Virus record (IMG/VR): IMGVR_UViG_3300020541_000004
Coordinates: 1 to 41,017 of that record
Direction: 5' to 3' (one strand)
DNA: 41,017 nt
Source: a virus
Lineage: Duplodnaviria > Caudoviricetes
Shown piece after piece: positions 1 through 9,251 of the stretch. A model generated the notes under the pieces. The model was not told the origin of the DNA. It did not search any database and worked only from the letters and a program-made list of their open reading frames with translations. Each line of letters opens with the position of its first letter. The first letter of the stretch is position 1. Both the position numbers and the translations under genes were made by a program.

Positions 1-213
1 CTTACCAAAATTAATCCAAACAGGAGTTGAAAGACTATAGTAGCCTTTGGCCATATAGTCTTCAAACTTCTGTGCAAATCCAGAAATACCTAAATACTTC
101 TCTGCAGTTCTGGCAATGTCTTTAATTCTTTGCTCAGGTGATTCTGTGATGTATCCTCTTGACAGGAATGTACGGCTTTCATCATTTAGCCAGTAGTAAT
201 TAGAATAGGTCAT
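1..213 (-). CDS. nrdA: Ribonucleotide reductase alpha subunit, N-terminal part (runs off the window edge)
   Basis: Manual translation from the ATG at 213: MTYSNYYWLNDESRTFLSRGYITESPEQRIKDIA...GYYSLSTPVWINFGK. This resembles class I RNR alpha N-termini (STP motif). It overlaps the nrdB stop. Not in the ORF track. Confidence 0.85.
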   Translation of the reverse strand, partial: MTYSNYYWLNDESRTFLSRGYITESPEQRIKDIARTAEKYLGISGFAQKFEDYMAKGYYSLSTPVWINFGK

Positions 214-1180
214 CTTCTGTGATTGCTTTAGACTTTTTATTATAATCAATTTGTTTCTTGTAAAAGAAGTCACCTTCTTTAGTAGCTGTGATTTCTACAT
301 CAAACCAGTGAGTCTGCTCTAGTAAAGCATTATTTATATAGAACAATGGTTCCATGCCAATCTTTGCAAGAGAGTTATTAAACCTATTCATGATAAAGTG
401 TCTGATGTTTTCTTTAGGTAGAAAGTCAAGCTCGCCTTTTTCAAAGATCCAATCTAGAATATCACACTCCGCAATATAAGCTTTATTACAAGCAGAATAG
501 ATTAGTTCTTCAAACTCTTGATCAAACCATTCTGGATTTTCTTCTCTGATGATATTGATTAACTCAGCACCAAAGTTGCCATGGATATCCTCTTCTTTAG
601 AAGTTGCCTCTACTACATTAGAGATACCCTTGAATAGATTCTTCTCTTTATTAAAAGACATCATGATCAAGAACTGGCTAAACAAACTTACGTGCTCAAT
701 GAATAGAGAAAACAAAAGAACGCTCTTAGTGTACATTTTATTGTCCTTGCTACGAGATCCATCTAAATACTTTTTTAGATATTTGATTCTACCTTCAATA
801 GCTGGGATTTCAATAACAGTTCTAAACTCTTCTTCTAGACCAAGGATTCTAAGTAGTCTGGCATAGGCATCTTTGTGCCTTACCTCAGACTCTGCAAAGG
901 TCATACCTACATCACCTATCTCGGTAATAGGCATTCTCTTATACAAGTCAGCCCAGAAGGTTTTTACATTCACCTCTATCTGAGCAATGGCTAGCATTGT
1001 TCTTTTAATAACTTCTCTTTCTTCATCAGTCACCTTAACTCTAAAGTCATCAATATCAGTAGTAAAATTATACTCTGTATCAATCCAGTAGGAGTGACGG
1101 ATAGCATCTTTATATGCTAATAGCTGTGGATACTCATAGGGCAGGATGTTTGCTCTAGCCTCAAAGATGTTTCTTCTCAT
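200..1180 (-). CDS. nrdB: Ribonucleotide reductase beta subunit (class Id-like)
   Basis: Ferritin-like dimetal motifs E69...E99xxH102...E(HVSLFSQF)...EEDIH, with Tyr106 and Lys73; C-terminal DFF...DDLF tail; adjacent to nrdA. Confidence 0.95.
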   Translation of the reverse strand: MRRNIFEARANILPYEYPQLLAYKDAIRHSYWIDTEYNFTTDIDDFRVKVTDEEREVIKRTMLAIAQIEVNVKTFWADLYKRMPITEIGDVGMTFAESEVRHKDAYARLLRILGLEEEFRTVIEIPAIEGRIKYLKKYLDGSRSKDNKMYTKSVLLFSLFIEHVSLFSQFLIMMSFNKEKNLFKGISNVVEATSKEEDIHGNFGAELINIIREENPEWFDQEFEELIYSACNKAYIAECDILDWIFEKGELDFLPKENIRHFIMNRFNNSLAKIGMEPLFYINNALLEQTHWFDVEITATKEGDFFYKKQIDYNKKSKAITEDDLF

Positions 1181-1183
1181 TTT

Positions 1184-1585
1184 TTAATTAGTCTTTTCTG
1201 TATTATTATTTAGTAGTCTTTCACATTTTTTTTTCCAGCCATTACCCATTACATCAATCATAGGTACAGCACAACCTTCAGTTTTTTTACAAGCTGAAAA
1301 TTCTTGCTCATTGTCATCTAAATGCCATGCAAAGTGGGTACCTCTTAGATACCCAGCTTTCCATTCCATACAAGTAAATCTTACGCGCCATCTGGGAATC
1401 CCTAATCTGTCTACTACTTCCCAGAGGTCATCTAGTGTAGCATTCATAGGATACTTGTGCTTATGATTTTCATCCCAACGAGTAGTAACTACCCATACTT
1501 CTATGCCACGACCTATAAGCTCAGAAGCATACTCTTGTACATCGGCATGCTCTAGCGTGCCGTCAAAATCAAAGCTTACTTTCAT
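1184..1585 (-). CDS. HAD-superfamily phosphatase (small, capless)
   Basis: DFDGT motif I, VVTTR motif II, conserved K, and HLDD motif IV. Confidence 0.8.
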   Translation of the reverse strand: MKVSFDFDGTLEHADVQEYASELIGRGIEVWVVTTRWDENHKHKYPMNATLDDLWEVVDRLGIPRWRVRFTCMEWKAGYLRGTHFAWHLDDNEQEFSACKKTEGCAVPMIDVMGNGWKKKCERLLNNNTEKTN

Positions 1586-1586
1586 G

Positions 1587-1691
1587 TTAGTACGTTATTA
1601 AGGATAAGAAATTATAAAACAATAAAGAGCTTATAATTAAAACAATTATCCACGTTATAAGAGCGTGCCAATTTACGTTATTTAATTTCAT
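1587..1691 (-). CDS. Small membrane peptide (34 aa)
   Basis: Manual translation MKLNNVNWHALITWIIVLIISSLLFYNFLSLITY; fills the gap between its neighbours exactly. Confidence 0.4.
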   Translation of the reverse strand: MKLNNVNWHALITWIIVLIISSLLFYNFLSLITY

Positions 1692-1962
1692 TCCTCATAT
1701 ATTTTACAAAATTTTCAGCAGCTTTTGGATCATTTTTTTTTAAGCGTTCAAGAGCACCATTGTAGGTTGCATTTTCAACTTCTAATGAAAACTTTCTATC
1801 ATGTAAAATATCTGCTCTAACTATTACACTATCAAGTTTAAACTGTAAAACATCCACTTGTTTTACTTGAGTTTTTAAATCTATAATTGTATAAAATAAA
1901 ATAAGTATAGTGCCAATTTGTATAATGGCATGGATATACTTTCTAATTGTATCTTTCGTCAT
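1678..1962 (-). CDS. Hypothetical protein, N-terminal TM helix plus coiled coil
   Basis: Hydrophobic IIQIGTILILFYTII segment; tightly packed in the operon. Confidence 0.65.
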   Translation of the reverse strand: MTKDTIRKYIHAIIQIGTILILFYTIIDLKTQVKQVDVLQFKLDSVIVRADILHDRKFSLEVENATYNGALERLKKNDPKAAENFVKYMRNEIK

Positions 1963-2215
1963 GATTACTAACTTTTAGTCCACAGTATAGATCTAGATAG
2001 GCCATTTCTCTTTCGGCCATCTTTTTACTAAATCTTTTCTTTTTTAAATACTTAATTCCCCAATCTACCCACTCTTGCCTCTGGCTTTCAGTCATTGTGT
2101 ATTGTTGGAACCAGTTATCTTTTCTACCAATGATGTCATCATAGCAAAGCTCATGCTCGGCTATGATGAACATTTGGTTAATTAAATCCTTTAAAATAGT
2201 ATCATTTACTTTCAT
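1943..2215 (-). CDS. Hypothetical phage protein
   Basis: ORF track 1943..2248; the ATG at 2215 (MKVNDT) gives a typical short overlap with the upstream gene. Confidence 0.65.
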   Translation of the reverse strand: MKVNDTILKDLINQMFIIAEHELCYDDIIGRKDNWFQQYTMTESQRQEWVDWGIKYLKKKRFSKKMAEREMAYLDLYCGLKVSNHDERYN

Positions 2216-2429
2216 GATAGATCCTTCTAACTTTAGCACCAAGCTCACTATTGTTTGGCGTATTAATAATTGTAGCTTCTGGTATGAGAATAATATTGCG
2301 ATTAGTACCAGAGGTGTGGCACTTGCTGCATAGTTGACCTACGCCTTCTACGTATCCATTTCTCATGTCTATATGAGTAGATACTTCATATGCGGTTTCT
2401 GCACCGCAAGATACACAACGATCTTTCAT
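2202..2429 (-). CDS. Small Zn-finger-like protein
   Basis: CVSC...CSKC cysteine pairs. Confidence 0.65.
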   Translation of the reverse strand: MKDRCVSCGAETAYEVSTHIDMRNGYVEGVGQLCSKCHTSGTNRNIILIPEATIINTPNNSELGAKVRRIYHESK

Positions 2430-2449
2430 ATTTGATTTATTTTAAATAA

Positions 2450-2566
2450 TTAATCCATCCATTTACCATGCTTTCTGAGATGCCAAAACCTGTGTTTCAA
2501 TACCTCAATAATAAGCTGCCATAAAGTATCAGCTTCATAGCTTCCGTTTTTTACAATAAGTTTCAT
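2450..2566 (-). CDS. Small hypothetical protein (38 aa)
   Basis: Manual translation MKLIVKNGSYEADTLWQLIIEVLKHRFWHLRKHGKWMD; fills an intergenic gap. Confidence 0.5.
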   Translation of the reverse strand: MKLIVKNGSYEADTLWQLIIEVLKHRFWHLRKHGKWMD

Positions 2567-2576
2567 AATAAATTTA

Positions 2577-3266
2577 TTAAAGTTCTAGAATATTACCAAA
2601 AGAAGTTAAGCCTCTATCAAACTTACCATCGTCTACACAAGCTGCATTAGAAAAGACAGTTTGTGTCGCAGCAAACGTAGATATTCCTTGGTTTAAAACA
2701 CCATCCATGTTGTGAATATGACCAAAACACATAAACATTAATGTCTTCCTTAGAGTCATACATCTTTTTAGAAGTGCATTATCTCCACAGAATTCAAGGT
2801 TACCTTGTCTGTCATATGATAGATCTCGAATACCTTTAGGAGGACCGTGTACAATTAACACATCAGTGTCATCTGGTATAGCTTCCCAAACAAGATGAGT
2901 TTTTTCTCTTGCTTTCATAAACGCCCATTGACCAAATGTAGGTGTAATAGGCGTACCATAAAACTTAACACCATCTATAATTGTAGATTGGTTTTCTAAA
3001 TAGGTTATTCCCGCAGCTTTAAAATCTTCAGGAGTAATCTTTTTTCTTTCAATAGAAGTGTCATGATTACCCGCTACATATATCTTATGTTTAACAGGTA
3101 CTTTTTTGTACCACTCTATAAAATCAAGGACCTCGTGGTAGTTACGATAGGGGTCAAAGTAATTACTACAGTCACCACTATGCACTACTACATCAATGTC
3201 TTTGAATCTTTCATCTGGAAACTTAGCGTGAAACCCATGAGTATCACTAATGTGCAGTATTTTCAT
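2577..3266 (-). CDS. Calcineurin-like metallophosphoesterase
   Basis: SDTH, HSGD, GNHD, HGPP and FGHIH motifs. Confidence 0.92.
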   Translation of the reverse strand: MKILHISDTHGFHAKFPDERFKDIDVVVHSGDCSNYFDPYRNYHEVLDFIEWYKKVPVKHKIYVAGNHDTSIERKKITPEDFKAAGITYLENQSTIIDGVKFYGTPITPTFGQWAFMKAREKTHLVWEAIPDDTDVLIVHGPPKGIRDLSYDRQGNLEFCGDNALLKRCMTLRKTLMFMCFGHIHNMDGVLNQGISTFAATQTVFSNAACVDDGKFDRGLTSFGNILEL

Positions 3267-3268
3267 AG

Positions 3269-4123
3269 TTAAAATATATATCTGATGTTAGCTGGATCAA
3301 AAAACTCTGCATACAGATCTGTAAATTGATTAATCATCTGTTTTTTAAGCTGCCATTTGTACCTGATATTATCTGCAGCATACTGGGAATCTTTAGACTC
3401 TTGAATATCAGGACGCCAGATTAGATCACGTACTGGTTGTGCATTACGTTCATGTTGATGTACATTGTGAGTAAGGAATATACATTCACACTTAACATCT
3501 ACACCTACAAACTTAAGTTGTTGAAATAACTTACGGTATTCTTCTAGCCAACCGTCTGCATATATGATAGGACTAAAGTTAATATGTACTTCCATATATT
3601 CTTGTAGTCTAGGAATACTCCAAATACGTTCTTCTATAGTATCTGTATTTGGTTCTAGTACATCAGAGTATAGCTGAGGCATCAAGCTTACTCGGATGCG
3701 GTGCTTTTTTTTATCTAAGTCATAACCCCACATAGGCTCAAACATAGTAGGGTACTTTGTAGCAAATGTACTTTTAGACATTTCAGAATTGTTAAAGTAA
3801 TGAAATACTTTTTCCCAGTCATGATGCTTAGTCATTAAAGCCACATCTGTACTACAACCAATATCTATAACATAATACTTATCATCGCATTGGTTAGGTT
3901 TTTTAGGCCATTCTTGTTTATTTACCCATTGTGAGATAGACTGAAGAATTTCTTCAGTGTTTGTATTAACATACACTTTGTCAGGATTATATCTTCCCAC
4001 ATAACAATATGAGCTCATACAACCACCTAAACATCCATAGATAAAATTGGGAGAAACTGCATCTGAGCTTCTCCCATTATCTCTTGTAGTAAGTGTCTTA
4101 GTTTTTTGATGAATAATTTTCAT
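3269..4123 (-). CDS. Spore photoproduct lyase-family radical SAM protein
   Basis: GCLGGCMSSYCY cluster motif, DIGCSTD, FATK, RIRVSLMP, HINFSP and IFLTHN, in the order seen in SPL-family proteins. Confidence 0.8.
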   Translation of the reverse strand: MKIIHQKTKTLTTRDNGRSSDAVSPNFIYGCLGGCMSSYCYVGRYNPDKVYVNTNTEEILQSISQWVNKQEWPKKPNQCDDKYYVIDIGCSTDVALMTKHHDWEKVFHYFNNSEMSKSTFATKYPTMFEPMWGYDLDKKKHRIRVSLMPQLYSDVLEPNTDTIEERIWSIPRLQEYMEVHINFSPIIYADGWLEEYRKLFQQLKFVGVDVKCECIFLTHNVHQHERNAQPVRDLIWRPDIQESKDSQYAADNIRYKWQLKKQMINQFTDLYAEFFDPANIRYIF

Positions 4124-4132
4124 AAGATTAAG

Positions 4133-4858
4133 TTAAAGCATCTTACTTGCTTTTAATACTTTCTTAATTTTTTTAGTTAAGTCTGTTATAGATCCATCAT
4201 TAACTACTACATGATCAAAATTCCACTTATCTAAGCTAGTTTCAGAAGTATGTAAGTTTACCGGATCTATCCCTGGTCTTTCTATACGGATAATAATGCC
4301 CCCGGCTTTCTTAATAGCTTCTGCTTCATTAGGAAATCTAGTGTCTGTAATAATCCAGTTAGGATATATCAAGTCTTCTTCTCTAACATTTCTAACTTCG
4401 CCCTCTAGTAAAGTGTCACCTATTGGATTATAATCTGCCATAAGAGCATTAATCCAAGCATTTTCATGTAAGCCATCCCTAAGAGCACTAGTACCTAGTT
4501 TTTGTAAGAATTCTCTAACGCTCATTAAAGCATTAAATTGTACATCTTTAAAAGGCTCAATGTCATTAAGTGGATTAGTTGATACTGTGCCCCACTCAGG
4601 TCCTAGTAATGATTTTTTAAACTCTTGATCTTCAAACTTTTCTGTAGGTATACCTGTAAGCATAGAAGCTATTACTTTAAGCTTGCCTGCCCACTTTTTA
4701 ATTTCCCAACCTGATCTTTCTTCAAGCCACCATTCATGATGTTTTGGACTTTTTAGTACTACTTTTAGAGGGAGCTTAGTACTTGCTTTTAAGTATTGAA
4801 TTATAATACCTGCTGTGTCTTTTCCAGATCCGCTGTATCCACTTATTCCAATTATCAT
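4133..4858 (-). CDS. Deoxynucleoside monophosphate kinase (T4 gp1-like)
   Basis: P-loop GYSGSGKDT, REFLQKLGT, DTRFPNE and HTSE motifs. Confidence 0.88.
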   Translation of the reverse strand: MIIGISGYSGSGKDTAGIIIQYLKASTKLPLKVVLKSPKHHEWWLEERSGWEIKKWAGKLKVIASMLTGIPTEKFEDQEFKKSLLGPEWGTVSTNPLNDIEPFKDVQFNALMSVREFLQKLGTSALRDGLHENAWINALMADYNPIGDTLLEGEVRNVREEDLIYPNWIITDTRFPNEAEAIKKAGGIIIRIERPGIDPVNLHTSETSLDKWNFDHVVVNDGSITDLTKKIKKVLKASKML

Positions 4859-4863
4859 AATCT

Positions 4864-5007
4864 TTAGTTTTCTACATCTGCTGTAATAGTCCAGTTATCT
4901 AAAGTGCTGTCTGCTATTTCTGGATGTTGGTTATAAAATTCTTGCAATAACAATTGATATAATTCTTCTGATATTAAGTCTATATCTAAACTGATTGATT
5001 GATTCAT
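4864..5007 (-). CDS. Small acidic hypothetical protein (47 aa)
   Basis: Manual translation MNQSISLDIDLISEELYQLLLQEFYNQHPEIADSTLDNWTITADVEN; fills the gap. Confidence 0.5.
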   Translation of the reverse strand: MNQSISLDIDLISEELYQLLLQEFYNQHPEIADSTLDNWTITADVEN

Positions 5008-5010
5008 GTT

Positions 5011-5352
5011 TTAATCATTAAAATAAAAGTCTGGATCTTTTTCTTCTTCTAAAGCTCTAACTAAGTTATTGTGTCCTTCTAAAGCTTCATTATAGGTATG
5101 ATATCTACGTTGATATTCATTATTAACTCCACCAAAAATCATAGACTCAAATAGAACTGGCTTATGTAATTCTTCACTTCCTCCAAAGTTTAGACTATGA
5201 TCAAAGTGCAAGAAAACTGTAGATACTCTTTGTTTACCTATAAAGCTATTGCCAACATGTTTAATAGAATTTTTATAGTCACCAAGCTTAGGATATTCTC
5301 CATTAGGTACTGCTGTAACTGTTTTGTCCTCGTTTAATATATACCAAGTCAT
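5011..5352 (-). CDS. Conserved-looking phage hypothetical protein
   Basis: VSTVFLHFDH...LFESMIFGG...YQRRY..EALEGH pattern, recalled from small phage proteins. Confidence 0.7.
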   Translation of the reverse strand: MTWYILNEDKTVTAVPNGEYPKLGDYKNSIKHVGNSFIGKQRVSTVFLHFDHSLNFGGSEELHKPVLFESMIFGGVNNEYQRRYHTYNEALEGHNNLVRALEEEKDPDFYFND

Positions 5353-5366
5353 AATAGTTAAATTAT

Positions 5367-5390
5367 AGGGGGAGATTAAATTCTCCCCCT
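5367..5390 (-). terminator. Hairpin, probable terminator or processing site
   Basis: 9-bp stem agggggaga/tctccccct just downstream of the gene ending at 5396; weak U tract. Confidence 0.55.
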
Positions 5391-5395
5391 GGATT

Positions 5396-6208
5396 TTAGA
5401 GAAAGTTTACACCAAAGTCAGCCATCATCTTTTCTTCTTCAAGAGCAGGCTCTATGATCATTGGTTCTGCGACAGTATTTGTCGTTGATACAAGATTACC
5501 AAACTCGTTTACAAAGAATGTATGCACTCTTTGGTGATCTGATAGATATGACTTAGGGTGGGAATCTTTTAATGCTAAAGTGATATGATTATACATATCC
5601 CAAGCACTATTTGGATTACTACTATAACTATGAGTTGGTCTATCAATCTCACGCTTTACAATACCAACCTGAGTAAGCGTTAGTATTTCATCTTCTGCAA
5701 ATAGTCTACCAAGAATAGTACCCTTTTGTCTAGGAGTAAGTGATACGTCCTTGAGCATTTGTTTATCTTCTATAAGTTTATTGTAGTAAGCTGAAGCATT
5801 TCCTATTTGGTCTTGCATAAAAGAAGTTACGTCTGTCAAAGCAGTGCCGCTGTGTCTTCTTCTGTAAGTACCAAGGTCTCCAGAAACCATACCGTTTGAG
5901 CAAATAAATACATGAGCACCTATTGCACATTTAAACGCCATAGTTTTATTATAACTATTTGACCAAACAAACATTAGACCCATATCTGGGTCATTGCCTG
6001 CTTCTAAGTGATACATTCCTTGTGCTACATCACCGGTGTTAGTAGCTTTATAAAATTCTTTTTTGATTCTAAAGCCAGCTGCAGACAACTGGGCTCTAGC
6101 TTCATCTATAACACTTCCATGAGGAATAACTGCGTATGACTTTCCATAAGTAGGTAAAGGGCAGTTCCTTAAAAAGTTTTCTGATTGAAATATTGTTTTA
6201 ACTGGCAT
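5396..6208 (-). CDS. DUF932/DUF945-like phage protein
   Basis: NSYNKT...FICSNGM...RRHSG...AWDMYNHIT pattern typical of the family. Confidence 0.7.
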   Translation of the reverse strand: MPVKTIFQSENFLRNCPLPTYGKSYAVIPHGSVIDEARAQLSAAGFRIKKEFYKATNTGDVAQGMYHLEAGNDPDMGLMFVWSNSYNKTMAFKCAIGAHVFICSNGMVSGDLGTYRRRHSGTALTDVTSFMQDQIGNASAYYNKLIEDKQMLKDVSLTPRQKGTILGRLFAEDEILTLTQVGIVKREIDRPTHSYSSNPNSAWDMYNHITLALKDSHPKSYLSDHQRVHTFFVNEFGNLVSTTNTVAEPMIIEPALEEEKMMADFGVNFL

Positions 6209-6218
6209 AATTGTATTA

Positions 6219-8159
6219 TTAAAATAATGATAGTTGTGTGTATGATAAACTCTTTTCTTTTTCTATTTGATGGATCTCTTTATAAATCTGATCTAGATAG
6301 TAATTAGTGTTAATTCCATAAGACTCAAAAGGTATTGTTTCGTTTATTTCGTTTAGCGTAGTCTGTAACCACTGACCAGATTCTACCTGGATTAGTCTGC
6401 CATCATTGTGGCACTTGACAAGCTTACCTCCTCTAGAAGAAACATAATATCTAACAATCTTTTGTAGTTTAGTAGATACTAACTCACCTTCTTTTACTGC
6501 TCTCATCTCAAAATACCACCCGCTCTTAGCCTTGATTCCCGCACAGTAATCAAATATATTCTGATTAGCTGCTAAGAAATCTTCAGGATCTATCCCTTGT
6601 GTAAAATAAGCATAGATAGCTTTTGGTATGATGAGAAAGCTTTTGTTCTTATGAAATACTGCTACTTTCTTTTTGTCTAGATCTTCCCATTCAAATGCAC
6701 CTTTGCATTTTACTTTACCTGACTTCGATATAGCAATGTAATTGTTTACATCTCTGATGATCATTTTAGAATACTCATCATGCTCTAGTTCAAGCTTAGT
6801 CATTTGGCACCAACGTCCACAGATCTCATGATACTTTTCTACATAAGAGTTAGGTATCAATGTCTCAAGACCGTCAGTATTCTGCATAAGAGGCACAGCT
6901 TCTGGGATTTCTTCACAAATCATTTCGTAAAGCATACTTAGACTAAGCTGTCCGTTAATAGTGATCTGCATAGTCATCTTAGGATCATACAGAAAACTAT
7001 TCTCGTCACCTGTTAGACCGTATGTACTATTAAGAATAATCTTGTACACGTAGTTTTTAGGATCAGTCTTTGGTATTTTCTTACGCTCTTCAAAGAACCA
7101 TTCGTATAGCTCACAGAATTCTTCTTTAGGAAGATGTTCAGGATGAAATCCATTACGGATTGCTAGGTTTGGATAGAATGAAGTTACGTCACTAGTCATA
7201 ATAGTATAACCAGGCTTGGCTTCATAAACTCCTGCAGATTTAGCACCATGAATACCGCCTAGACCATAGTCAGTCTGCATACCTTTATAGTCTACAGTAT
7301 ACTTGAAACCGTTTTTAGTAGATATGATTACCTGAGTACGCAGATAGTCAAACATCTTTTGAAAAGGTTCAGTCTTAAAACTAATATAGGGAAGTATACA
7401 TTGACCTAGATATATTTCTCTATGATGGGTTCTAAGTGTTTTAATAGTCCCTTTATCCCATCCTAACTTCTGTGATAGAAAGTGTAAGAATAATTCCTTA
7501 GATATTCTTGGCTCAGAAGCTGAGTAGAGATCTATGCCATATTCTTTAGTAAGGGTTTGTCTAAGAACTATCTGTTCTTTAGAATGCTCAAGTATTTTCT
7601 TAGTACTAAGAACATCGTTAACACAATACAGAATTATATTCTGTAAAGTAGCATCATCTGTTACAGGTTTATAATGAGGATGAGGCATTTCTTCCACATT
7701 CTGCCAGTCCATAGAATACTGAATCCACTTAAGACTACTCATCTTTGCTCTATTGTCCCAGTGGTTCATCTTAAACAGATCAATCTGTCTAATCTTTAAC
7801 TTAGCTGGTGGATACTCAAGAAAGCTATTCTGATCTTTAAGAGATATGGTCTTTTGTGCAAATGCATATAGATGTGCAATTACTTCATGAGTAGGTAGTG
7901 ACAGTAATTGTCGCTGCTTATCAAGAATGAATTGACTTATCTGAGCATCAAAAGCTAAACCATTGTAGCTTATATGCCACTGGCTTTTGTCTTTACACTG
8001 ATTTAGAAATTCTACAAATTGGGGTAAGTCGTTACGACTACCATAAATTACAAAGGTCTTCCTGATGTTCTCATCTTTGTAATGCTGAAACACGCCAATA
8101 AAACAATTGACAAGAGTTTCATAATCCATTACCCAATGGGTAGGCATTTGTTGTTCCAT
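6219..8159 (-). CDS. polB: DNA polymerase family B with 3'-5' exonuclease
   Basis: ExoI DYET, ExoII YNGLAFD, ExoIII YCVNDV; polymerase motifs DVTSFYPN, KIILNSTYG and NTDG. Confidence 0.95.
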   Translation of the reverse strand: MEQQMPTHWVMDYETLVNCFIGVFQHYKDENIRKTFVIYGSRNDLPQFVEFLNQCKDKSQWHISYNGLAFDAQISQFILDKQRQLLSLPTHEVIAHLYAFAQKTISLKDQNSFLEYPPAKLKIRQIDLFKMNHWDNRAKMSSLKWIQYSMDWQNVEEMPHPHYKPVTDDATLQNIILYCVNDVLSTKKILEHSKEQIVLRQTLTKEYGIDLYSASEPRISKELFLHFLSQKLGWDKGTIKTLRTHHREIYLGQCILPYISFKTEPFQKMFDYLRTQVIISTKNGFKYTVDYKGMQTDYGLGGIHGAKSAGVYEAKPGYTIMTSDVTSFYPNLAIRNGFHPEHLPKEEFCELYEWFFEERKKIPKTDPKNYVYKIILNSTYGLTGDENSFLYDPKMTMQITINGQLSLSMLYEMICEEIPEAVPLMQNTDGLETLIPNSYVEKYHEICGRWCQMTKLELEHDEYSKMIIRDVNNYIAISKSGKVKCKGAFEWEDLDKKKVAVFHKNKSFLIIPKAIYAYFTQGIDPEDFLAANQNIFDYCAGIKAKSGWYFEMRAVKEGELVSTKLQKIVRYYVSSRGGKLVKCHNDGRLIQVESGQWLQTTLNEINETIPFESYGINTNYYLDQIYKEIHQIEKEKSLSYTQLSLF

Positions 8160-8198
8160 AATATTTATTCAGTTAAGCTGTTTCCCCTTTTTAGCCAC

Positions 8199-8222
8199 AA
8201 AAAAAGGCAGAATCTCTGCCTT
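8199..8222 (-). terminator. Rho-independent terminator
   Basis: aaggcaga/tctgcctt stem with a U tract on the minus strand. Confidence 0.65.
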
Positions 8223-8246
8223 AATTTTGTAATAAGGAAGGATTTA

Positions 8247-8654
8247 TTAGATACCAGTCAATAGACTAGATGGTTTTGCTTGTTCTACGGGCTTATTCAA
8301 GTATTGTTTATAATCATACTTATCCGCGTTTACAGCAAACAATTTAACAAATTCTTCAATCTCTTCAAGATGTTCTACATAATATTCGTAAAAAGTTTCA
8401 AGCATCTTTCTTTCTTCACTGTACTCTTTTCCGTTGGCTCTTTTTCCAACCTTAAGATATTGAACATCTCCAAGATCTGTTAGTCTAGGAAGCATGTGAA
8501 AAGACTCTTTCTTTTCTTTACCAATAACAGCAAGTACTTTACTAGATGCATCAAAGATACATTCATTGTAAGGACACTCTGATGAGATAGGTAACAGCTT
8601 AAATGTCTTATCGTTACCCCAGCTACTGGTAACTAACATCATTGAATTTTTCAT
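8247..8654 (-). CDS. Hypothetical protein
   Basis: 135-aa ORF co-oriented within the replication module. Confidence 0.7.
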   Translation of the reverse strand: MKNSMMLVTSSWGNDKTFKLLPISSECPYNECIFDASSKVLAVIGKEKKESFHMLPRLTDLGDVQYLKVGKRANGKEYSEERKMLETFYEYYVEHLEEIEEFVKLFAVNADKYDYKQYLNKPVEQAKPSSLLTGI

Positions 8655-8678
8655 GTGGTTTTTATTATTTACTCAAAA

Positions 8679-9239
8679 TTAACTACCTTTTTTCAATACT
8701 TCCAAATTTTCTACTGGAATCTTCAAGTTTTCTTTATCCATATCACACGGATTACATAACTCACCTATATCTTGTAAGGTTTTAAAGTCTACATCTAATA
8801 ACTTAGAGTAGATGCTAAAATACTTATGAGGATATAAGTAAGTTTCCATGTATTTATATTCATTTGATCTTTCTCCGTAGTAAGTTTTAATAGCTCTTTT
8901 TAAAGGAGAAGAAAACTTAGAATATTTACCTTCAAGAAAGTTAAACCAATCATCTTTAAATACTTGAAAGTCAAATACATATAGTTTATAACCCTGTATA
9001 GGAATAACTTCTAAAAACATTGGATTACTTAAAAGAAAATGTCTTTCAAATGTAACAAAGTCTTCAGAGTTATTATCAGGAAAACTGCAAATCAGCTTGA
9101 CATCATCGGTACTTACCAATCCTTCTACGGAAAGGTAAGTACCAGATGGTGCAAATTTACTAGAACGCTTTATACCCAAAGCTGGAAACAGAAATGCCCT
9201 AGATTTCTGAAAGTATTTTGTGTATAAGCTGTCGATCAT
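8679..9239 (-). CDS. Hypothetical protein
   Basis: 186-aa ORF immediately downstream of the PD-(D/E)XK nuclease gene. Confidence 0.7.
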   Translation of the reverse strand: MIDSLYTKYFQKSRAFLFPALGIKRSSKFAPSGTYLSVEGLVSTDDVKLICSFPDNNSEDFVTFERHFLLSNPMFLEVIPIQGYKLYVFDFQVFKDDWFNFLEGKYSKFSSPLKRAIKTYYGERSNEYKYMETYLYPHKYFSIYSKLLDVDFKTLQDIGELCNPCDMDKENLKIPVENLEVLKKGS

Positions 9240-9251
9240 TTTATAAATATA

